A stretch of DNA of 16,664 nucleotides, taken from Amoeboradix gromovi X-113 (lineage: Eukaryota > Fungi > Sanchytriomycota). Position 1 is the first letter of the stretch. Each line of letters opens with the position of its first letter. The stretch spans positions 1-16,664 of the forward strand of contig JADGIF010000155.1 of the NCBI GenBank assembly GCA_018985225.1, read 5' to 3'. The notes under the pieces are model-generated. The model was not told the origin of the DNA. It saw only the letters and a program-made list of their open reading frames with translations, and did no database searches. The translations under genes were made by a program, and so were the position numbers. Shown piece by piece: positions 8,621-16,664 of the stretch.

Positions 8621-9117
8621 AGCTAGCGAATCATATGCGTTTTGAAAGACTTTTCACCAAGATAAGTCTACCTGAGATTTCAGCTATCTACTTCAATTGG
8701 ATAAAACATTTATCGCGGTTACGTGACTTTTATTGCACCAACAATTCTTTTTCCAAATACTTCCATTGGCGTAAATGTGCGAGTTTTCTCTTTTTCTTGG
8801 ATACGAAATGGCACCAGGCGTCGAGATACTCAATTATTAAGAAATCGCTCATATGCGCTTAATTCAATCTTCAAGAACAGAAGATAAAGTTTATTCACAA
8901 CAATAGGTCACTAGAGGTCACAAACAATAAATTTATTTCATTTATTCACTACAAAAGCAGGATTCGATCGATTTAATTCAATAACTCATCTATAGTGATC
9001 ACATGAACTTGACATCTTTAATTGACCATCTTTCTACAGCTGTATAATCTTTTAAAAAGCCGTCATACTTTCTTGACACGAATTGCAAAGTTTGTCAAAT
9101 TCTCTAGAAATTTTTGA

Positions 9118-10336
<1,219 letters not shown>

Positions 10337-10364
10337 CATTGCAAATAAACTGTTTTTTTAAACT

Positions 10365-11237
10365 ATGGGGTTCGACTTAGCATTCTCGGCATTTGTGTCC
10401 GGTTTAATTAGTCGCTTCTTTGTTGCCCCAATCGATGTTATTAAAATAAGGTCTCAAATTACTTCTGCTCCTTTGAAGGGACAAATAAAATCAATATTGC
10501 AAAATGAGGGTGTTTTAGCATTTTGGAAAGGTAATATAGCAGCAGAATTGTTATATGGGTCATACTCAATGATTCAAATGACAGCCTACAAGAAGCTACA
10601 GCATATGATACCTGCTGAAAATCAATTTATAAAGAACTTTCAATCAGGAGCATTAGCAGGTGTGTTAGCCACTGTAGTTACTTTTCCCTTTGACGTTCTT
10701 CGGACCAGGTTTGCTGCTCAAGTGACACCTGTATACTACTCTTTGTTCGGAGCTGTGAGAACAATCTTAAAAGAAGAAACGTTAGGGCTATACAAGGGCC
10801 TGGGACCTTCTATAGTTGCCATCATACCTTATATGGGAATTACTTTTGCCTCTTATGAATATTACAAAAAGATGCTTAGCAACACTGGATTATCTAGTTA
10901 CAATGATTTAATTAGTGGCGCGTTAGCGGGATTAAGCGGCAAGTTATCGACTTATCCCTTAGATACTCTTCGTAAGAGAATGCAAATACAAGGTCCCAGG
11001 GTAGATGAGTTTTTAAGTGATGTAAAAGTTGCAAATTACAATAACCTGAAGAGAATGAAATTTACAAATACCCATTTAATTCATATTGGTTTTGCATTTA
11101 GAATATTCGAAGATATTATAAGATCTGAGGGAATAGGAGGCTTATTCAGAGGTATTAAGCCTGCTTTGTTAAAAGCTGTCATTGGATCATCTTTGACATT
11201 CTCTCTCACAAATTACTTTAAGTCCAGGGTTGATTAA
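10365..11237 (+). CDS. TPC1: Mitochondrial carrier, thiamine pyrophosphate carrier Tpc1/SLC25A19-like, 290 aa
   Basis: Three PxDxx[KR]xR motifs (PIDVIKIR, PFDVLRTR, PLDTLRKR), plus Tpc1-like FWKGNIAAELLY, RTRFAAQ, PYMG, RMQIQGP. Confidence 0.85.
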   Translation: MGFDLAFSAFVSGLISRFFVAPIDVIKIRSQITSAPLKGQIKSILQNEGVLAFWKGNIAAELLYGSYSMIQMTAYKKLQHMIPAENQFIKNFQSGALAGVLATVVTFPFDVLRTRFAAQVTPVYYSLFGAVRTILKEETLGLYKGLGPSIVAIIPYMGITFASYEYYKKMLSNTGLSSYNDLISGALAGLSGKLSTYPLDTLRKRMQIQGPRVDEFLSDVKVANYNNLKRMKFTNTHLIHIGFAFRIFEDIIRSEGIGGLFRGIKPALLKAVIGSSLTFSLTNYFKSRVD

Positions 11238-11247
11238 ATATTTAAAT

Positions 11248-12816
11248 TTATTTTTTAATCCATTTTCTTAGCAACTTTTTTTGCTCTTTATCTTCAACCT
11301 TTTCCAGTTTTTCTCTGATATGCCTCTTTAATTCAAACACACGTTGCTTGCTAACCTTGTAAGGCTTTTCAGTATACGGTGCCAGTCTCTTTAGACCAAC
11401 TGTTCTGTTTAGTTCTTTCTCGTCTGCCAACAATATATCAGCTGCATTTAACCCGTAATGGTCGGGTTCCACATCTCTGTACTTGAATCGGACAGGAATA
11501 TCACCAACAATATCCTCGTAATCTAATTTAAAATATTCATCAATTTTGCCTTTGAGCTCATTGTTGTCATCATCTAATAGTTGCTTAAAGGTTTTCTCGT
11601 CCGTATTAGTGGACTGGTAGTTGTCAATTTCCAATTTGCCCTCTATGTCTTCAGAGTCATTCTCGTTATAATAATGATCGTCAAAAAGAGTATCCATTTG
11701 TTGGTCCCATTTATCAGCATCATAATCATCATCTAAGTTTAGTTTATCAACAAGTATTTCCGTTTTCAAGCCCGATATTTCGCTGATCTGATGAACTTTA
11801 TCCAATATCTCTTCCTTTTTCAAATTCTTTAGTCTTTTAAGGTTCTCAGTTTTTCTTAACCTATCCATTTCTTTCCTTTCCTTCCTTGCATTTCTAGCAT
11901 CCGCTCTTCTAGTATCAGGTCTTCTGGCAGAGTCTGTTACTTCACGGCTGTAGGATTTGATTAGTTCGGCACCTTTTTCTTGAAATCTATATTGCGCGTC
12001 AATTTCAAACTTGTCAACAACTAAATCGTCATCTGACTTATCCTCATATAGCTGAACGGGTTCTCCATTTTGTAGAATAAATGCACTGGACTCAAAGTTA
12101 TCATTGTCTTTAATAGAATATGTTGCAACGGCTCCAAAACCAGGGACTTCATCTCCCATCCACCCTTTGGATAATACGTATTTTAATAGCCATTCATCTT
12201 GGTCTAGTTCATGGTCCTCTTTTTTAGATTTACAGACTGATTCCAATTCTTTCTTCAAATTGACGTCCTCAACACTCTCCACCAATGCCATTTTGTATTT
12301 TTCATCTTCCATGTCTGCAACTAATTCGTTTTTCACAATCAGAAAGTCTTCATCCTTATCAACATCGTCAACTTTAAAAGCATCTTTCAAAGCACTTTGT
12401 TCCTCTTCATACGTAAGAACCTTGGGTTTTAATTCAGAAACCTCATTTGTGTTATCAAATTTATCAAACTGGTCTAGAATCTCTTTCCGTTCTAAGTCTT
12501 TTAGTTTTACAGATTTAACTTTCGCACTTTTTGCGATTTTCTTGTCAAAATGCGAATCATCAAAGAATTTGATATCGCTTTTATAAATAGAGGGGTCTTT
12601 CGCTCTTATTTTACCAATGACATTCATAATCTGACAGTCAACAGCGTTAGTCAACATTTCTGCATCCTCGTCTTCACTGGTAGAATCGCTTAAATCTTGA
12701 TCCTCCAAGTATTGAAGCTCTTCTCGCTTTTTGTTATGTTCAAATTTTTTCGCAAAGTCCTCGTTTATTGTCAATTTCACATTAGTATCGGCAGATAAAT
12801 TAATTTCCCTCGTCAT
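11248..12816 (-). CDS. KRI1: Kri1, 40S ribosome biogenesis factor, 522 aa
   Basis: LTINEDFAKKFEHNKKREEL, YRFQE...IKSYSR...SARR, LDYEDIVGDIPVRFKYRDVEP..YGL...ILLADEKELN..VGLKRLAPY. Confidence 0.95.
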   Translation of the reverse strand: MTREINLSADTNVKLTINEDFAKKFEHNKKREELQYLEDQDLSDSTSEDEDAEMLTNAVDCQIMNVIGKIRAKDPSIYKSDIKFFDDSHFDKKIAKSAKVKSVKLKDLERKEILDQFDKFDNTNEVSELKPKVLTYEEEQSALKDAFKVDDVDKDEDFLIVKNELVADMEDEKYKMALVESVEDVNLKKELESVCKSKKEDHELDQDEWLLKYVLSKGWMGDEVPGFGAVATYSIKDNDNFESSAFILQNGEPVQLYEDKSDDDLVVDKFEIDAQYRFQEKGAELIKSYSREVTDSARRPDTRRADARNARKERKEMDRLRKTENLKRLKNLKKEEILDKVHQISEISGLKTEILVDKLNLDDDYDADKWDQQMDTLFDDHYYNENDSEDIEGKLEIDNYQSTNTDEKTFKQLLDDDNNELKGKIDEYFKLDYEDIVGDIPVRFKYRDVEPDHYGLNAADILLADEKELNRTVGLKRLAPYTEKPYKVSKQRVFELKRHIREKLEKVEDKEQKKLLRKWIKK

Positions 12817-13268
12817 CTCCTAAATTATTGATCGGATTGACTTATTGAATTAAGATGTTCCCAAAGCACACATTTTTAAACAGGTCGAAGGCTGCCTGTT
12901 TGTTTATGTCATTTACGACACATTCAACAAAAACTTGAGTAACTCTATAAAACGCGGTCCACCAATTAAAATTCCTGGTTAATGAGAAAATCAGTTTTTA
13001 AAAGAGAACTGAAGCCAGTTGCTCGCACTTCCACGACCCTAATGCGGGATTGGATATGTATCCATATGTCTCAAGTATTCATTGCTTACTGCATGTCTCT
13101 GTTAGCTAACTAATGTCATATATCGACTTCTGTTGAACAAAACATTCATCGCAAATAATTGTGATTTATTACACCAATAAATCTTTTTTGGGTGCCTCTA
13201 GTAGCATAAAAATCCAATGCTTTTTCTTTTAATCAAACGAATTGTCACTCGGAAGTGGGTAGCGACCA

Positions 13269-13302
13269 TATGGGACATCAAATATAAAAACTAGACAAGT
13301 CG
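13269..13302 (+). mobile_element. Left end (LE1) TIR of the TA-flanked element family
   Basis: TA|TGGGACATCAAATATAAAAACTAGACAAGTCG is the near-perfect inverted match of 40-74 and 5006-5040; CATA at 13267-13270. Confidence 0.8.
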
Positions 13303-13430
13303 AAAACTTCAGAAATTGGAAAAATAGCATTTACGAAATTTCTAATAAATCATCTTTCTATAAATTAAAATTTTGAAGCATTCTGATAGTTATTGATTAA
13401 GATATTTCAGTTTGAAATTAGTATTGCAAA

Positions 13431-13511
13431 TCAAATGTAAAAAGTAGACTAACTTTTATAACCAATCAGATTGTTTGTTTTTTATAGTTTTGTTATTCAA
13501 GAAAACTAGAC
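13431..13511 (+). repeat. Subterminal direct repeats of the TIR core
   Basis: TCAAATGTAAAAAGTAGACTAACT (13431-13454) and AAAACTAGAC (13502-13511). Confidence 0.6.
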
Positions 13512-13630
13512 TTTTTATTGAAATGAACAAAGAACTAATTGGCAATATAGAAGAGTATGATTTTTAGTCTATGGGCCAATTAAACCCATTTATTTGAGTA
13601 TATAAAGAACATTGTCATTTATAGTAAGAA

Positions 13631-13789
13631 ATGAAAAGAACAACCGAGCCAACAACTGAAATAACAAAGAAATTCAGAACATGCGAAAGTTTAACGTCAG
13701 AAACATCGCCAACAACTCTAGATACTTGCTCAACTGACACTTCTCAAGGCTGTACTTTTCACCGCTGCTCGATACCAAGTATATTGTAA
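13631..13789 (+). pseudogene. 52-aa S/T-rich ORF, possible truncated N-terminus of the element's gene
   Basis: ATG 360 bp inside LE1, preceded by CCAAT boxes and TATATAAAG (13599-13607); no recognisable domain. Confidence 0.25.
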
Positions 13790-13790
13790 G

Positions 13791-14081
13791 TCACTTTAGC
13801 CCAAAATGGCTGTCAATCCCGTTTATAAAAGTCTTTAAAATGCAGGTGTGGCCAACAGCAATGGAGTACTCACACTTGATAGAGTATACATACATCAGCT
13901 TATCGTGCATTATTTCCCTAGCTGCAGTAATGATGACAGACACTATCGCGGCTCCACCAATTACGGCAACTGTTTTCAGCGTTGGAATCCTGTTCCAGAT
14001 CTCTCTAGGCTTGCTCGCTACTCGCGCTGCCATTTCTTTTGCATATGATGGGATATGATTAGATGCTGCGAATCGCATCAT
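13791..14081 (-). CDS. Hypothetical 96-aa protein with one TM segment
   Basis: ATG at 14081, Arg/Ala-rich N-terminus, hydrophobic VAVIGGAAIVSVIITAA; no family recognised. Confidence 0.35.
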   Translation of the reverse strand: MMRFAASNHIPSYAKEMAARVASKPREIWNRIPTLKTVAVIGGAAIVSVIITAAREIMHDKLMYVYSIKCEYSIAVGHTCILKTFINGIDSHFGLK

Positions 14082-14824
14082 TCGGCAAAATTGCAGCAGC
14101 ACTCTGCTAGTTAAGTAGTATCAGACACGAATTTGAAGTCTTTACAGGTGGACGCTCTCATCCAAGCATAGATGGGATTTACTGGGTGGGATGACTTGGA
14201 AAACAAAGATCTGGTTCCAGATATTCTGCATTTACTACTTTTAGACTACCAGGGACCAAGGCTATCAGTTGAACATCCGCATGTATACAAACAGATTTGT
14301 CAAATCAAATAAATCATCCAAATTGATCTGCCAAAATGCAAGAATTGATATAAGCCAAGTACTATTTACAGTATTTGAACTGTTACCGTAAAATAGCCAG
14401 GAGAGATAAAAGTCTGAATGTGCTCTGGCTTGTAAATATTTCTGACATTTCAGCCTCTTTTTCGGTATGCCAACTCTTCAAGGTTGCACTGCATTACCAA
14501 ACTGCAGCATCTTCAGAGTGGTGCATACACTGCACACTTTCTGGAGATAAAGTCTATTAGTATCCACAAACGGAGCTACAATCCATGAGATCCATGAGAT
14601 CTATGCTGGTATTTGGAGATGCATCTAAATATCGAGAAATAGAGAAATGTACAACTATCATAAATTCGACAATGTTCAGGCTTTAATTAACAGACCTGGC
14701 TCTGATATCATATCCACTTTTCTGACATCGCAGTAATAGCGTCTATTATCAAATACTTGCACCAATAAAATCATCCTGTTGATCCTATTTACGGCTTAAA
14801 AGACGGAATACCTGTTGTTATATA

Positions 14825-15487
14825 ATGAGAGCAATTTACTTAATACAGCTGATCATGGCAGTCCCAGCGCTAACGCAAAAGCCAGCCATACAGCCTTTTG
14901 GTGAAGATAAACATGTCAGCACAAAGGATGCTATTCAGATGGTTGAACAGAGAGAGGCGAACAAAGAAGTATATCAGCAAAGAGTAGAGAGGACTAGAGA
15001 GCAACTGACAGATGCCAAGAATATTGACAAATTCAATGTGATTGTCAAATTCGTAGATTATTTCGTGAGATATAATGCTATTGAGGGAGTCTCGAAATTT
15101 GAACTCAAAACAGATTCCTTTACAATTTTAATGGAAAGTGGCATTGAACTTAAATCTAAGATAGAAGAACAGTTGAATCTTTTGAAAGAGAGCTCACCGT
15201 TGACGCCAAAGCAGTCAAAAAAATTGCAGGAACTCGGGAAATTCAAGGCAGAACTCGATGCTGAACTAGATGGGAACAAATTGCTTAAAACTTATCTTCG
15301 TTCAGCAAAAATAGCTGATACAGCCACTAATGGTTTGAGAAGAGCTAGATCTGGAGTTAAAAAAGGAATTAATGCTATTTTCACACCAGTTGGATTGAGA
15401 ACACCATCACCAGAATTACTAGCGGCATCACCAGAGAGACCACAAGTGCAACCACCAGCGGAAAGAAGAGGACCAAGACCAGTTTAG
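14825..15487 (+). CDS. Hypothetical 220-aa protein, possible signal peptide, helical/coiled-coil
   Basis: ATG start, short hydrophobic N-terminus MRAIYLIQLIMAVPA, charged helical body, Pro/Arg tail, AATAAA just after the stop. Confidence 0.7.
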   Translation: MRAIYLIQLIMAVPALTQKPAIQPFGEDKHVSTKDAIQMVEQREANKEVYQQRVERTREQLTDAKNIDKFNVIVKFVDYFVRYNAIEGVSKFELKTDSFTILMESGIELKSKIEEQLNLLKESSPLTPKQSKKLQELGKFKAELDAELDGNKLLKTYLRSAKIADTATNGLRRARSGVKKGINAIFTPVGLRTPSPELLAASPERPQVQPPAERRGPRPV

Positions 15488-15856
15488 CTCGAATAAAATT
15501 TATACTCTACTTGAATTTATTTTTTGTATCAACATCTATGGGAATACGAAAAAAGCTCCAATGCAGTGCTGGTGGTTCCCCAAGAATTAGACATTAATAT
15601 TTGCAAGGTGTTCATCATTAGCATTCTATGAGCTCTTATGACTGAAAGAATTCCACAACACCCATTTCGTCTTTGGGTGGAGCAATTTCAATTCACATTG
15701 AATCATTGGACAGTAATGATCGCAAGCTGGTATTACATAATACTTGGAGTACCTTGCAACAACATGAACAAAGCAGAGCACTAAATCTGCTTGTAGTGAG
15801 TAGCAAGTACAAGCAAACTGCAACATGTTCTCATTTTGAACTTGAGAACTTGGTGA

Positions 15857-16019
15857 TATGGGACACCAAATATAATAAATGGAGTAAATTTTGACAAGAC
15901 ATTTCGAGAAAACTCGATTTCAAGTTTTTATTGTAAATCGAGTGTAAAAACTAGATCAGCTAATTTAACCAATCAAATAGTGTATATATACCAACCCAAA
16001 TGTAAAAACTAGACCAAGT
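15857..16019 (+). mobile_element. Left end (LE2) with subterminal repeats
   Basis: TA|TGGGACACCAAATATAA (15857-15875); repeats TGTAAAAACTAGA (15943-15955) and CCAAATGTAAAAACTAGACCAAGT (15996-16019, 23/24 to the TIR consensus). Confidence 0.7.
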
Positions 16020-16113
16020 AATAGAATATTTCCTCTTTTAAAGTATATCATCATTTACAATTAAATTTAGACCAATCAAATCACAGATTCCCTCATAAAA
16101 TTAATTTTGCTCC

Positions 16114-16371
16114 ATGGCTTCACCCATTTCAGAGTCACTGGCATCTACTTCATTTTCACCTTTTCAATTACAAGTTGATGCTGATGAATATTTTAGAGTA
16201 AAAATATTTAAAGATCTATATACAAAACTAAAGGAAAGTTTTGGTATTGAGATGGAAATTGATTCTAATGTTGATTTACAATCAGGATCATCAGTGTGTG
16301 TAAAACACATATTTAGCAATAAGTTATTAGAACGTTCAATCGACAATGAAAATGAGGAATTCCTGGAATAG
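16114..16371 (+). pseudogene. 85-aa ORF inside LE2, probably the disrupted N-terminus of an element-borne gene
   Basis: ATG after CCAAT boxes (15968, 16071). The frame reads on past the TAG (YLDTKDNR) into LE3. Confidence 0.3.
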
Positions 16372-16395
16372 TACCTTGATACAAAGGATAACAGA

Positions 16396-16423
16396 TGGGA
16401 CATACACTACAAAAACTAGACAA
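16396..16423 (+). mobile_element. Degenerate left end (LE3)
   Basis: TGGGACATACACTACAAAAACTAGACAA has 4 mismatches to LE1 over 28 nt; preceded by CAGA. Confidence 0.65.
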
Positions 16424-16501
16424 AACAAAATGTATCCAAATTATAAAAATAAATAGTCTGTATAGCTATTCTTTTGCCCTTTCATCCAGTCTTTATTTTA
16501 G

Positions 16502-16663
16502 ATTTGTAGAAAACTATTGACTTATGATTTGAAAAGAAAGAAAGAGGGTTATAAAAAAGTAAAAGAACGGGATAAAAAGGTGATTACTATGGAGATGGTA
16601 GCTACAAGCATAACAGAAGAGGAAACTGCTCTATTCCAAACAAGAAGTTGATCTATTCATTGG
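16502..16663 (+). pseudogene. Possible Fanzor1 fragment (post-RuvC-I helical region) running off the window
   Basis: KLLTYDLKRKKEGYKKVKERDKKVITMEMVATSITEEETALFQTRS*SIHW resembles the Fanzor1 pattern 'l.Y...rrkE..k......i.e.Et.Ls..ns.t.d'. Confidence 0.35.
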
Positions 16664-16664
16664 G

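Noticed and set aside
8635-8862. 75-aa ORF in the CHS4-HPD spacer
   Set aside because: No recognisable features; lies in a presumed divergent promoter region.
14581-14601. ATCCATGAG tandem duplication
   Set aside because: About 2.3 copies only; ordinary slippage.
15537-15560. TATGGGAATACGAAAAAAG as another left end
   Set aside because: Only TATGGGA matches and the AAAACTAGAC core is absent.
15673-15894. 73-aa ORF reading into LE2
   Set aside because: TTG start, and its C-terminus is translated TIR sequence; at most an unidentifiable interrupted remnant.

Overview
AT-rich, gene-dense, almost intron-free eukaryotic DNA read with the standard code. It is probably an early-diverging fungus with a reduced genome; this is an inference from the Chs4/Skt5 and Sts1/Cut8 genes, 10-28 bp intergenic gaps and a tiny intron. 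Housekeeping genes are PAC2-like, an MFS transporter, STS1/Cut8, MSP1, CHS4/SKT5, HPPD, TPC1 and KRI1. Two signals stand out that the ORF track misses. (1) The intergenic DNA holds decayed Fanzor/TnpB RNA-guided-nuclease elements. One is a frameshifted Fanzor2/IS607-TnpB-like pseudogene (78-897). The other is a separate TA-flanked family with ~33-bp TIRs (TGGGACACCAAATATAAAAACTAGACCAAGTCG), present as two 74-nt conserved, hairpin-forming right ends (candidate omegaRNA scaffold), three left ends preceded by CATA/GATA/CAGA (candidate TAM), and Fanzor1-like peptide relics. (2) HPPD needs a 19-nt GT-AG intron removed to regain its conserved C-terminus. All family assignments come from motif recognition by eye; no searches were run.
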